The notes: generated by a model not told the origin, from the sequence alone. A stretch of 64,000 bases of DNA from an uncultured Gemmatimonadales bacterium (GCA_963850905.1 CAWKMU010000004.1:96001-160000), one strand, 5' to 3'; shown: positions 1-10,331, counted from the first letter of the stretch. Numbers and translations: made by a program.

Positions 1-32
1 CGACGGACTCCGATGGCGCCAGACATCTGCGT

Positions 33-795
33 TTGTACATCAACGTCGATCACGTCGCGACGGTCCGCCAGGCGCGAAAGACCGACGAACCCGATCCCGT
101 GGCGGCCGCAGCGCTCTGCGAGGCGGCAGGCGTCGATGGGATCACCGCGCATCTCCGCGAAGATCGCCGCCACATACAGGATGCCGATGTGGAACGCCTC
201 GCGCGGGAGGTCCGCACCGTCTTCAACCTGGAGATGGCCGCGACCGACGAGATGGTCCGGATCGCTCTCGGGCTCCGTCCCTACCAGGTGACCTTCGTCC
301 CGGAACGCCGCGAAGAGATCACCACGGAGGGGGGACTCGACGTCGGAGCGTCCCGGCAGCGCCTCGAGCGCGCGATCGCGGAGCTCAACGCAGCCGGAAT
401 CCGTGTGAGCCTGTTCATCGATCCGGATGCCCGCGCCGTCACGAGCGCGGGCCAGCTCGGCGTGGCAGCGATCGAGTTGCACACCGGACGGTACGCCGAA
501 GCGGCGCGGCGCGGCGGTGCCGTTCGTGCCGCCGAGCTGGATGCCCTGGCGACGGCCTCACGGACGGGGCGCGAATGTGGCCTCGCCGTGCACGCCGGCC
601 ATGGATTGACTGTGCGCAATGTGGGGCCGGTCGCGGCGATCCCCGAGATCGAGGAGCTCAATATCGGGCACTCGATCGTGGGTCGTGCCCTCTTCGTCGG
701 GTTGGGTGAGGCAGTCCGAGGAGATGCGGGTGGCGATGGACACCGCCCGTTCGTCACATTACGCGGAGCATGGACGGTCGACTGGGCGCCGATGA
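33..795 (+). CDS. pdxJ: Pyridoxine 5'-phosphate synthase (start may lie upstream; +1 frameshift near 720)
   Basis: [29 protein letters not shown] and ELNIGHSI motifs. Removing one G near 720 gives AVREMRVAM... ending TGA at 793-795. Confidence 0.93.
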
Positions 796-864
796 TGCGC
801 AGGCGCGCGATGCGCCGCGACAGGCGGCCCGGCCGAACCGTGCAAGGGACGGCATGAGGCGCGA

Positions 865-2574
865 ATGACAACGACCAACGACTCCCTGAACTTCTTCGTG
901 CTCGAGGCGGGGGAATGCCTCGAGCGACTCGACGCGAATTTGGCGAGCGCCGGGCCCTCGGGGCCGGACGCAGCTGAGTTTGTTCGTCACGCGCGGACGC
1001 TTCGAGGCGCGGCGCTGATGCATCGGCTCTCCGGGATGGCCGACCTCGCCGCGGCCGTAGAGCGCGCGGGTCGGGCGTTGCGCGAAGGGTTGATCCGTTG
1101 GTCGCCCGCCGTCGCCGCGGCCCTTGTTGCCGCGGTCGACGACCTCAAGATCCTGTTGCATAACCTCCGGATCTGGGGACCGAACGAAGAGGCGCGGGCC
1201 GCGCGCCGCCTCGCGGATCTTGCGCGGCTCGTCCCGCCCGACCCCGACCGCCCGCACACGCCGATCCCTCATCCAGGCTCGACCGAGGCGGGCGTGGCGT
1301 TCCTGGTGCGGGAAGCCACCGAGACGGCGGCCGCTCTCGAAGCCGTTGCCACGTCTGCGCCGGATGGCCAGGAGACACTCGACGCGGCGCTCGGGCACGT
1401 GCGCACGCTCCGCGGCGTCGCCGCTATCCACGACATGCCACCGATTCCAGACGTCCTGGATGCCGTCGATCGTGCCGCTCGGGCGATCACAACATCCCGC
1501 TCCGTGCCAACCCAGGCTCAGACCGCATTGTTTGCAGCGGCGGCTGGATTGCTGCGGCGCACCGCAAAGGACTTGGGGTCACTCGGTCGGCCAGAACGCA
1601 ACACGGTCGAAGAGCGACGGTTCCAGGCCACCCGCGATGCCCTCGCCGAAGCCGCTACGGACGCCGATCACATTCTACCGATCAGCGAGCTCTTCTACGG
1701 CGACGATGCAGAGGCAGTCGTGTCGCGCGCGCCGAGTCCGCCGACGACGCCCGCGGATCGGTTCCGGCTCGAGGTGGTGAGCTTGGCAGAACATCTGCGG
1801 GGGTTGGTCCGGGACGCTCAGACGGCAGGCCCTCGTCGAGTGCCGGACCGAACCGTTGTCGAGTTGCGCGGCGCCCTGCTGTCAGTACGCAACGCGGCGG
1901 AGAGCTTTGGTGAACACGACGTGTCCGAGTTTATTGGGACGTTCACCGAAGGCCACCCGGTTTTCGATTTCTTGACGCTCAACGCGATCGACGACCTCGC
2001 AGCATTGCTCACGGAGCCGGGGACGACCGCTGCCAGACTCTCAGCGCGCATGACGGCTCTGGCGAGGGGCCGAGCCGTCGATGCCGGCATTGGCCACGGA
2101 CTACGACCCGCGACGGAGGACGGAGCCGATACCGCGGCTGCGCCGCCGCGCCCCGCGGTCGCGTCCGCTCCGACGCGACCCGTGCCAGGGGCCTCGCCCG
2201 GCGCCGCGCAACCGCAGCGCGGGAGTCGCGACCGCCTCCGCACACCGACAGGTGTCCAGCTCCAGGCAATGCTCGCAGACGGCATCGCCCGATTCGCGCA
2301 TCTCGGCGACCTGCCGCTGATCGACCAAACGGAGCCCTTGGCAATGCCGTCGCCCGAACAGGCTGCGCCCCCGCCCGCGCCGACAGCCGCGCCCGCTGCT
2401 GAAGCGCCGCACGGCGAAGCCACCGTGGTCCCGATCGAGACGCTGCTTTATCGCGGCGAGTCGGCACTCGCTCGCGCACGGACACTCCGCGATTCGCTCC
2501 GAAAAGCAGATGCGCCGGCACCCGATTCGCTTGCAGAGCTGTACGACCTGCTGGATTTGGCGACGGCGTCATGA
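865..2574 (+). CDS. Protein with tandem Hpt/CheA-P1-like helical repeats
   Basis: N-terminus FFVLEAGECLERLD...HARTLRGAA resembles Hpt; second copy HVRTLRGVA; Pro/Ala-rich linkers. Confidence 0.7.
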   Translation: MTTTNDSLNFFVLEAGECLERLDANLASAGPSGPDAAEFVRHARTLRGAALMHRLSGMADLAAAVERAGRALREGLIRWSPAVAAALVAAVDDLKILLHNLRIWGPNEEARAARRLADLARLVPPDPDRPHTPIPHPGSTEAGVAFLVREATETAAALEAVATSAPDGQETLDAALGHVRTLRGVAAIHDMPPIPDVLDAVDRAARAITTSRSVPTQAQTALFAAAAGLLRRTAKDLGSLGRPERNTVEERRFQATRDALAEAATDADHILPISELFYGDDAEAVVSRAPSPPTTPADRFRLEVVSLAEHLRGLVRDAQTAGPRRVPDRTVVELRGALLSVRNAAESFGEHDVSEFIGTFTEGHPVFDFLTLNAIDDLAALLTEPGTTAARLSARMTALARGRAVDAGIGHGLRPATEDGADTAAAPPRPAVASAPTRPVPGASPGAAQPQRGSRDRLRTPTGVQLQAMLADGIARFAHLGDLPLIDQTEPLAMPSPEQAAPPPAPTAAPAAEAPHGEATVVPIETLLYRGESALARARTLRDSLRKADAPAPDSLAELYDLLDLATAS

Positions 2575-2605
2575 GACGTAACCGACTGCTCGAAGCGCAC
2601 AATCA

Positions 2606-3637
2606 GTGAAGCTCGACTGGAAAGGCGCCGCCGGGATCGTGATCAGTGTGGCGCTGCTGTGGTGGGCGCTCCACGGCATTCACTTCGACGAGGTCTGGGG
2701 CGCGCTCCGCCGTTCCAACCCCTGGTACTTCCTCGCGGCGGCCGCCGTGTCGACCTCGGTGTTCCCCATCCGAGCGCGCCGCTGGCGACCGATTCTGGAT
2801 TCCGTCGCCCTCGATTTGCCGTTCGGCATGCTGTGGCGGGCGACGGCCATCGGCGTCATGATCAACAACGTCGCGCCAGCACGTGTCGGCGAATTAATGC
2901 GCGCGTACGCGTTGACCCGCGAAACGTCTCGAGTCACCCTCCCCGCAGCGGTTGCCTCGGTTGCCGTGGACCGCGTGTTCGACGCGCTGGTCGTGCTCGT
3001 CCTCACGTTGATCGCAATGTTGCTGCCAGACTTTCCCCGTGGAGCCCATGTCGGCAACATGTCGGCAGCCCATTGGGCGTGGATCGGGCTCGCCGGGATG
3101 GCCGCACTCATGCTCATCCTCTACGCACTCGTCTTCTTCCCGGGCTGGCTGATGCGCGCATTCGAGCTGTTCGCGCGCCGCGTCGCCCCTGGGTTGGAAG
3201 CGCCCGGCCGCCGAGCCCTGCAGGCGTTCACGGATGGACTCAGCGTGCTGCGGCACGGACCCCGATTGCTCGCCGTGCTGTGGTGGGCCACCTTGCTCTG
3301 GGTCGTCAACGCCCTAGGATTTTGGCTCGCATTTCGCGCGGTTGGCCTCGATGCATCCTTCGGCGCTGCGCTCTTCTTGCAGGGCGTCGTGGCACTGACC
3401 GTGGCAGTGCCGTCGGCTCCGGGGTTCTTCGGCGTATTCGAGGCGGCGGCGATCATCGGATTTTCTGTCTACGGTGTGCCGCGGGACGTGGCGGTCACGT
3501 GGGCGATCGGCTACCACATCGTGTCCTTCATACCGATTACGCTGATCGGCATCTGGTACTTCGCGCGCCTGGGCTTGCACGTCCGCGACGTGCGATCGGC
3601 GGAGGGGGGCGAATTGTCGACGGCGAGCGCATCGTAG
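2606..3637 (+). CDS. Lysylphosphatidylglycerol synthase TM-domain / UPF0104 flippase-like membrane protein
   Basis: Multi-TM; RARRW, NNVAPARVGE, VDRVFD and PSAPGFFGVFE motifs. Confidence 0.85.
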   Translation: MKLDWKGAAGIVISVALLWWALHGIHFDEVWGALRRSNPWYFLAAAAVSTSVFPIRARRWRPILDSVALDLPFGMLWRATAIGVMINNVAPARVGELMRAYALTRETSRVTLPAAVASVAVDRVFDALVVLVLTLIAMLLPDFPRGAHVGNMSAAHWAWIGLAGMAALMLILYALVFFPGWLMRAFELFARRVAPGLEAPGRRALQAFTDGLSVLRHGPRLLAVLWWATLLWVVNALGFWLAFRAVGLDASFGAALFLQGVVALTVAVPSAPGFFGVFEAAAIIGFSVYGVPRDVAVTWAIGYHIVSFIPITLIGIWYFARLGLHVRDVRSAEGGELSTASAS

Positions 3638-3638
3638 C

Positions 3639-4533
3639 GTGACCGGTTCGGCCGCAGCGGTCGCCGCGCAGGCCAAAGTCAACCTTTTTCTCCACATCCT
3701 CGCGCGTGAGGTCTCGGGCTACCATCAGCTCGAGACGCTCTTTTGTCGATTGACGCTCGCCGACGACGTGGTCGTGCGACTCGCCGATGACTGGACACTC
3801 ACGTGCGATGCAAGCGATACCGGTCCGGCCGAGGAGAACCTGGCGTATCGCGCGGGGCGACTCTATGCCGAACACCGCCACTGGCCCCAGGGCTGCGCCA
3901 TCGAGATCGTGAAGCACATCCCGGTCGGTGCGGGGTTGGGTGGCGGAAGCGCCGACGCTGCTGCCGTGCTGCGGTGCTTGCAGGCCCTCGATCCCCAGCC
4001 ACCGAGCGCGGACGAGCTCCTCGATTGGGGCGCGCGGCTTGGTGCGGACGTACCGGCGCTCACGATCAGATGCACCGCTGGCCCTCGGCTACGGGCGCGG
4101 AGAGCGACTGCTCGCGCTCCCGGGACTGCCCGCCAAGCCCGTCGTGCTGTGCGTGCCTGCAGCGCGTGTGGTAACGGGGGAAGCGTATGAGTGGCTGGCA
4201 GCATCACGCGCCAGCGCGACAGCCGGTCCCCCTCACGCCGCCCGGGTGCTCGATGTCCTCTCGCTCAGCCGCTGGGAGTCGATCGCGCCGCTCGTGGCAA
4301 ACGACTTCGCTCCCGTGGTCAGCCAACAACACCCCGAGATCGCGCGGGCGATATCCGAGCTGGCGGGTTTGCCCGAAGCACAAGCGTGCGCCATGACCGG
4401 CTCGGGGTCGACCGTCTTCTGCGTCTTCGACCACGCGATCCCGCGACCGTGGCCACTGCCGCCGCTCCGCGGCGCGGCACTCATCGAGACCGAAACGGCT
4501 GATCACGTCGCCGCTGTGCGCCTCATCGGGTAA
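3639..4533 (+). CDS. ispE: 4-diphosphocytidyl-2-C-methyl-D-erythritol kinase (frameshift near 4068)
   Basis: AKVNLFL, GYHQLETLF, IPVGAGLGGGSADAAA, GADVP; other frame continues GRGERL...NDF...MTGSGSTVF. Canonical ispE-tRNA-Gln-prs order. Confidence 0.92.
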
Positions 4534-4637
4534 CGCCGCGCGGACAAGCAGGGCGCCCGCGTTCCTCAAAGCCAGTAGCGATTCTGGTCGATTCGACGAC
4601 ATTTTACGGTCTCCAATCGTGCGTATTCGCCCCTTGG

Positions 4638-4708
4638 TGCCCCTTCGTCCAATGGCAGGACACCAGACTTTGGATCTGGGAATGGTGGTTCGAATCCACC
4701 AGGGGCAA
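4638..4708 (+). tRNA. tRNA-Gln (anticodon TTG), CCA not encoded
   Basis: Acceptor stem TGCCCCT/AGGGGCA; anticodon arm CCAGA-CTTTGGA-TCTGG; T arm GGTGG-TTCGAAT-CCACC. Confidence 0.96.
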
Positions 4709-4744
4709 TCGCGCACGAGTCGCACGTACCAGCAAAAGGGACCA

Positions 4745-5698
4745 ATGGACGGGATCGCTACTCCGAAATACGGGTTCAAGCTGCTCGCGGGCACCGCGAA
4801 CCGCCCGCTCGCCGAGGAAATCGCCCAATGCCTCGGCGTCGAGCCATGCAAGTTGACGGTGTCGCGCTTTGCGGACGGCGAGATCTTCGTCCGGATCGAT
4901 GAGAACATCCGCGGGTCCGATATTTTCATCGTGCAACCGACCAACGCTCCCGCCGAGAACCTGATGGAGCTGCTGCTCCTCATCGACGCGGCGCGGCGCG
5001 CGTCAGCGGCCCGCATCACGTGCGTGATGCCCTACTACGGCTACTCGCGGCAGGATCGCAAGGATCAGCCCCGCGTCGCGATCGGTGCCAAGCTCGTCGC
5101 GAATGTCATCGAGGTGGCGGGCGCTGACCGTGTGCTCGGCATCGACTTCCACCAACATCAGCTGCAAGGCTTTTTCGACGTCCCGGTCGACCATTTGTAT
5201 GCGGCGCCGGTGTTCGTCTCCCATTACCGCAAGAAGCAGCTCAAGGATCTCGTGGTCGTCGCGCCCGACGTCGGCGCCGCGAAAATGGCACGTGGGTTCG
5301 CGAAGCGACTCGACGGATCTTTCGCCATCATCGACAAGCGACGCCCACGGGCGAACGTCGCCGAGGTCGTGAACGTCGTCGGTGAAGTCGCGGGCCGCGA
5401 TTGTCTCATCGTCGATGATATGATCGACACCGCCGGGACAGTGGTCGAGGCGGCCCGCGCACTCACCCGCCTCGGCGCCGAACAGGTGTTCGTCTGCGCC
5501 ACGCATGCGCTCTTCTCCGGTCCGGCAGGCGAGCGCCTCGCAGGGGCGCCCATCGCGGAGGTGACGGTCACCGATACCGTCGCCATCCCGCCGGAGCGTC
5601 GGTTCCCGCACCTCAAGATCCTGTCGGTCGGCGAACTGCTGTCGAAGGCCATCCGATATACCCACAGCGAGCAGTCCGTGAGCTCGCTATTCGACTGA
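4745..5698 (+). CDS. prs: Ribose-phosphate pyrophosphokinase
   Basis: FADGEI, PYYGYSRQDRK, VVAPDVG, DDMIDTAGT. ATG 4745 chosen because the longer ORF overlaps the tRNA. Confidence 0.97.
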   Translation: MDGIATPKYGFKLLAGTANRPLAEEIAQCLGVEPCKLTVSRFADGEIFVRIDENIRGSDIFIVQPTNAPAENLMELLLLIDAARRASAARITCVMPYYGYSRQDRKDQPRVAIGAKLVANVIEVAGADRVLGIDFHQHQLQGFFDVPVDHLYAAPVFVSHYRKKQLKDLVVVAPDVGAAKMARGFAKRLDGSFAIIDKRRPRANVAEVVNVVGEVAGRDCLIVDDMIDTAGTVVEAARALTRLGAEQVFVCATHALFSGPAGERLAGAPIAEVTVTDTVAIPPERRFPHLKILSVGELLSKAIRYTHSEQSVSSLFD

Positions 5699-5894
5699 GG
5701 CGCTGACCCCGCGACCCGCTGTTATCGGCGGTTGGCCGCGCTTATATTGGTTGGTTCCCGTAGAGCCGCGGAGGGACCGCGGGAGGACCGGGTTGGATAC
5801 CGGCCGCTCGCCATGTCGCGTTGCGCGAACGGCTGGCTCTCGAGGTTTTGCACTGTCGAACCACTGATACCTAACACCTAACCCCTGCCGCTAT

Positions 5895-6578
5895 ATGGCA
5901 ACTGCACAATTGGGGGCGACACCGCGCAACGAGCGAGGCAAGGGCGCCGCGCGCGCACTGCGACGCGCGGGGCGCGTGCCCGGCGTCGTCTACGGGCACG
6001 CCCGCGAGCCACAGCCGCTGACGATCGACACGCGGGAGCTCGACCGACTTCTGGAACAGATCTCGGCTGAGAACACGGTCGTCGAGCTCGACCTGGGCGG
6101 GCACACCTCGCGGACGCTCATTCGCGAGATCCAGCGGCACCCATTTCGGCGGCAGATCCTGCACATCGATTTCCAGGAGCTCGTCGCCGGTGAAAAGGTG
6201 ACGGTGCGCATCCCGATCGTCCTGACGGGGTCACCCGTCGGGGTGCGAGTCGACGGCGGCGTATTGGATCAGACGCTGCGCGATCTCGAGATCGAGGTGG
6301 ATCCCGTCAACATGCCCAACCACATCGAGCTCGACGTCACCAACATGGTGATCGGGTCATCGCTCCACGTTTCCGACGTCGCGCTGCCACCTGGCGTCGA
6401 GGCGCTCAACGAGCCGGACACGACCATCTGTGTGTGTGCCGCGCCTCGAGCAGTCATCGAGGAGACGCCCGCCGCAGCGGCCGAAGCGGTCGAGCCGGCA
6501 GCCGAGCCGGAGGTCATTCGCAAGGCGAAGACCGACGAAGAAGAGGAGACCGACGAGAAGGACAAGGAGAAGAAGTAG
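5895..6578 (+). CDS. rplY: 50S ribosomal protein L25/Ctc
   Basis: GKGAARALRRAGRVPGVVYG, IQRHP, HIDF, acidic tail; prs-rplY-pth synteny. Confidence 0.96.
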   Translation: MATAQLGATPRNERGKGAARALRRAGRVPGVVYGHAREPQPLTIDTRELDRLLEQISAENTVVELDLGGHTSRTLIREIQRHPFRRQILHIDFQELVAGEKVTVRIPIVLTGSPVGVRVDGGVLDQTLRDLEIEVDPVNMPNHIELDVTNMVIGSSLHVSDVALPPGVEALNEPDTTICVCAAPRAVIEETPAAAAEAVEPAAEPEVIRKAKTDEEEETDEKDKEKK

Positions 6579-6583
6579 TTGCT

Positions 6584-6617
6584 GCCTGAGACGAGCCCAT
6601 CATGGCTTGTCTCAGGC
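6584..6617 (+). terminator. Stem-loop after rplY (no U tract)
   Basis: GCCTGAGACGAGCC-CATCAT-GGCTTGTCTCAGGC inverted repeat. Confidence 0.45.
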
Positions 6618-6637
6618 GTCGTCGGACCGCACGATTT

Positions 6638-7210
6638 GTGAAGATCATCCTCGGGCTCGGAAACCCGGATCGCGAGTACGCACTCACCCGACACAACATC
6701 GCGTGGTGGGTCCTCGACCATCTCGCTGCCGTGTGGTCGTTCGATGGGTGGAAACGGGACCATGACGCGCTCGTCGCGTCGGGCGTCGTGGACGGTATCC
6801 GTACGCGGTTGATCAAGCCGCAAACGTACGTGAACCTCAGTGGCGCCGCGCTGCGTCCGTACGTGCGGCGCCCGACCTGGTCCGCCGCGACCGACCTGCT
6901 GGTGATTGCGGATGACATAGCTCTTCCCGTCGGCACGTACCGGGTCCGGCGCGCCGGCAGCAGCGGAGGTCACAATGGACTCAAGAGCATTGAAGCAGCA
7001 CTCGGATCACGAGAGTACGCGCGCCTCAAGATCGGCATCCGTCCCGACGTGGAGCCGGCTGGCGACCGCTGGCACGCAGACTACGTCCTCGGCCCGGTCG
7101 GTAAGGAGGAGCGTGCGATCCTCACCGCGCTCATGCCGACGCTGACGGATGCAGTCAAGGTGTGGCTCCATGAAGGTGTCGACGTCGCAATGAACCGGTT
7201 CAACCGCTAA
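6638..7210 (+). CDS. pth: Peptidyl-tRNA hydrolase
   Basis: GLGNP, TRHN, KPQTYVNLSG, GGHNGLKS; GTG start at 6638. Confidence 0.96.
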   Translation: MKIILGLGNPDREYALTRHNIAWWVLDHLAAVWSFDGWKRDHDALVASGVVDGIRTRLIKPQTYVNLSGAALRPYVRRPTWSAATDLLVIADDIALPVGTYRVRRAGSSGGHNGLKSIEAALGSREYARLKIGIRPDVEPAGDRWHADYVLGPVGKEERAILTALMPTLTDAVKVWLHEGVDVAMNRFNR

Positions 7211-7215
7211 CGGCG

Positions 7216-8316
7216 ATGCTGAAGCTCGGCATCGTGGGACTCCCCAATGTCGGCAAGTCGACGCTGTTCAACGCGCTGACTGCGGCGCATGCAGACGCCT
7301 CCAACTATCCCTTCTGCACGGTCGAGCCGAACGTCGGCATGGTCGAGGTGCCGGACACCCGGCTCGCGCACCTGGCGGCGATCGTGCAGCCCAAGCGGGT
7401 CGTACCGGCCGTCGTGCAGTTCGTCGACATCGCTGGGCTGGTGCAAGGCGCCGCAACTGGGGAAGGACTGGGGAATCAGTTCCTCGCCAACATTCGCGAG
7501 ACCGACGCGATCGTGCACGTCGTCCGGTGTTTCGAGGATCCGGATGTCACGCACGTGATGGGGGCGGTCGACCCCGTGCGCGATCGCGATGTCATCGATA
7601 TCGAGTTGGCGCTCGCAGACCTCGGCACGCTCGAGAAGCGGCTCGATCGCACTCGGCGAGCCGCACGCGCAAACGACAAGGACGCAGTGGCGGAGCTCCC
7701 CGCGCTCGAGCGCGCAGCCACCGAGCTGGGCGCGGGGCGCCCGCTCCGAGGAGCGCGCCTGACCAGGGAGGAGCACGCAGTCCTCACACAGCTGCAGTTG
7801 TTGACGCTCAAGCCAGTGCTCTACGCGGCGAACGTCAAGGACGATGAGTTGTCGGGACATGAGGGACCTCACCTCACTGCACTTCGACAAGCCGTCGCCG
7901 CGGCGGGCGAGCGCGCCGAGGTGGTGGCCTTCTCGGCCAGGATCGAGTCAGAGCTCGCCGAGCTGCCGCCCGCCGACCGCGCCGAGTTCTTGGCGTCCCT
8001 GGGCCTCGAGTCGGCGGGCCTGGATCGCTTGATTCAGGCCGGCTATCACCTGCTTGGACTGCAGACATTCTTTACGGCCGGGGACCCGGAAGTTCGAGCC
8101 TGGACGATCCACCGTGGCGACGCCGCGCCGACCGCCGCGGGCGTCATCCACACCGACTTCGAGCGCGGCTTCATTCGCGCCGAAACGGTGAGCTATCCCG
8201 ACTTCGTCGGCTTCGGCGGCTGGAAGACGGCCCGTGAACGCGGGGCCGTGCGCTCGGAAGGCAAGGAGTACGTCGTGCAGGACGGAGATGTGATGCTTTT
8301 TCGGTTTAATGTGTGA
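7216..8316 (+). CDS. ychF: Redox-regulated ATPase YchF
   Basis: GIVGLPNVGKSTLFN, NYPFCT, DIAGLV, GEGLGNQFL, IHTDFERGFI. Confidence 0.97.
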   Translation: MLKLGIVGLPNVGKSTLFNALTAAHADASNYPFCTVEPNVGMVEVPDTRLAHLAAIVQPKRVVPAVVQFVDIAGLVQGAATGEGLGNQFLANIRETDAIVHVVRCFEDPDVTHVMGAVDPVRDRDVIDIELALADLGTLEKRLDRTRRAARANDKDAVAELPALERAATELGAGRPLRGARLTREEHAVLTQLQLLTLKPVLYAANVKDDELSGHEGPHLTALRQAVAAAGERAEVVAFSARIESELAELPPADRAEFLASLGLESAGLDRLIQAGYHLLGLQTFFTAGDPEVRAWTIHRGDAAPTAAGVIHTDFERGFIRAETVSYPDFVGFGGWKTARERGAVRSEGKEYVVQDGDVMLFRFNV

Positions 8317-8536
8317 GCATTTTGGCCCGCACAGCGGGCCAAAATAGAGAGGAGCGAAGCAGAAAGGAGAAAGGAGACACAGAGCTTGGCGCCGCCAGGA
8401 TGATATGTGCGCCATCGGGCTGCGCTCCTCGGTCTCTTCTCTCCTCTCTCCTTTCTGCCGTTAAGTCGAAGCTGGCCCTTAGCCTGCAACCCCATTAGCT
8501 TTGCGGTCGCGGCTCTGCCGCATGGATCGACACGTA

Positions 8537-8590
8537 CCCTCCTCCCGCGGCCGGCAACCCCCGGGAGGCGGCTCAGAGACCAAAGGGAGG
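8537..8590 (+). promoter_or_regulatory. Probable S6:S18 autoregulatory leader
   Basis: Pyrimidine tract CCCTCCT, hairpin CTCCCG/CGGGAG, then AGACCAAAGGGAGG (SD) just before rpsF. Resembles known S6:S18 leaders; not model-tested. Confidence 0.55.
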
Positions 8591-8598
8591 ATTGCCAA

Positions 8599-8973
8599 AT
8601 GCCCCGCCCATACGAGGTGGTGTACATCTTCGACTCGTCGCTCGAAGACGGCGTTATCGCCGACAAGCTGACGCGATTCCATGGCATGCTGGGGACGAGT
8701 GGTACCCCGCCCGCCGACTTGCACGTCGACCTGTGGGGTCGACGCCAACTTGCCTACACCATCGGTCCGCGCGAAACCGGCTACTACGCCGTCGCACGCT
8801 TTGGGACCGAACCCGACACGCTGCCCGAGTACGAGCGCGCGCTCAAGCTCGATGATGGAGTCGTGCGCTACTTGATCTCGCTGCACGAGCACGAGGTGGG
8901 CGCGCCGCCCATGTCTGAGGAAGACCTCGTGGCGGCTCGGCGTCGCGACGATGACGACGATGATGAGGAATAA
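8599..8973 (+). CDS. rpsF: 30S ribosomal protein S6
   Basis: YEVVYIF, WGRRQLAY, GYY, VVRYL; strong SD GGGAGG. Confidence 0.96.
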   Translation: MPRPYEVVYIFDSSLEDGVIADKLTRFHGMLGTSGTPPADLHVDLWGRRQLAYTIGPRETGYYAVARFGTEPDTLPEYERALKLDDGVVRYLISLHEHEVGAPPMSEEDLVAARRRDDDDDDEE

Positions 8974-8976
8974 CTA

Positions 8977-9198
8977 ATGCGTCGCCCACAGAAGTCCTGC
9001 CCGTTTTGCGAGATGCGTGTGCGGTTCATCGACTACAAGGATGATCGGACCCTCGGTCGCTTCATTACCGATCACGGCAAGATTCTCCCCAGTCGGTTGA
9101 GCGGGACCTGCGCGCGTCATCAACGCCAGCTTGCGACCGCAGTCAAGCGAGCGCGGTATCTCGCGCTGATTCCTTACGTCAAAGGTCACACCGCTTAG
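8977..9198 (+). CDS. rpsR: 30S ribosomal protein S18 (Zn-binding form)
   Basis: [28 protein letters not shown]. Confidence 0.97.
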   Translation: MRRPQKSCPFCEMRVRFIDYKDDRTLGRFITDHGKILPSRLSGTCARHQRQLATAVKRARYLALIPYVKGHTA

Positions 9199-9253
9199 CG
9201 CACGCACGTCGGTCCCCTCCGGCGCCGCTGAAGCGGCCGGCCGGGGCCACGGC

Positions 9254-10252
9254 ATGCTGCTGTTGATGGCGGTTGCCGCCTTCCTGCTGGTGCCATCAAC
9301 GCCGCTGCTCCAGAACGTGGCGCCGGTGATGGACACGGCGCTGTTGCTCGTACCCGCGATCGCCGTGTGCGCGGCGTTGGGCTGGGCGGTCGGGGGGCGC
9401 GCGTGGCTCGCCGCCGTCTGGGCGAGCCTTGCGGTAGTCCTCGTGCTGTGGCACGGACTCTCGCACATCACCTACACCGCACTGCAGTGCGGGTGGGCGC
9501 TCGTGCTGGCCGCGTCCTTCGGCCTCGTGTGCGCCGCAAGTCCTCCGGCAACGCGGTTTCTGTCCCGCGCGTTGACCGCCCTCGCCCTCAGTGTGGGACT
9601 CGTGGGGCTTCTGACGCTCGGGAGCCAGAATGCGGCAAGCGCCGTGACCCAATCGATCCATTTGAACGCGGCCTCGCGGCCGAACAAAGCCCTGAGCTGG
9701 GTAAAGGAGACCGCGAGCACCGAGGAATGGCGAGATTGGACCGCGAGCTCACGCCAGGGCACCGCCTTCGCGACCGCGGAGGAAGCGCTGGATGAGGTGC
9801 TCTCGACACTACCCGAGGACGCCGTGGCGTTTTATCCCGCGTTGCTCGGCCTGGAATCACTTGCCGCGCTCGCGCTGGCATGGGCGGTCTATCACCGGAT
9901 CAGTCGAGCACGGATCGGAGAACCGCTCAGCCGGTTGGCCGACTTTCGTTTTAGTGACCAGCTCGCGTGGGGGCTGATTGCCGGCGCGCTGCTGGTGCTC
10001 TTGCGCCCCACGAGCGACTGGGCGGCGCTCGGACTCAATCTGCTCTTGTTCTTCGGGGCGCTGTATGCCCTCCGCGGCCTGGCTGTTGTCGCCTGGTACG
10101 TGCGGACCCTGCACGTGAGTGCGCCAGCCATCACTGCGCTGGCGCTCATCGCGGCGCTGTTGTCCGCCCCCGCGTCGCTCGGACTGGCACTGATCGGACT
10201 GACCGACTCGTGGGTCGATTGGCGCAGCCGCGCGCGACCCGCGACGCGGTGA
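9254..10252 (+). CDS. DUF2232/YybS-like membrane protein
   Basis: Multi-TM; C-terminal GLTDSWVDWR; typical position between rpsR and rplI. Confidence 0.75.
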   Translation: MLLLMAVAAFLLVPSTPLLQNVAPVMDTALLLVPAIAVCAALGWAVGGRAWLAAVWASLAVVLVLWHGLSHITYTALQCGWALVLAASFGLVCAASPPATRFLSRALTALALSVGLVGLLTLGSQNAASAVTQSIHLNAASRPNKALSWVKETASTEEWRDWTASSRQGTAFATAEEALDEVLSTLPEDAVAFYPALLGLESLAALALAWAVYHRISRARIGEPLSRLADFRFSDQLAWGLIAGALLVLLRPTSDWAALGLNLLLFFGALYALRGLAVVAWYVRTLHVSAPAITALALIAALLSAPASLGLALIGLTDSWVDWRSRARPATR

Positions 10253-10331
10253 GCTACAGAGATTACGTGTTAAGAGTTAGGGTTTAAGAACGCCACCAAT
10301 TGTCTTCTTTCGCTTGCGGAGTGAACCGGTC

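Noticed and set aside
700..4100. Frameshifts in pdxJ (~720) and ispE (~4068)
   Set aside because: Single-base insertions in conserved housekeeping genes; probably the same error process.
4619..4744. N-terminal extension of Prs
   Set aside because: It overlaps the tRNA-Gln gene.
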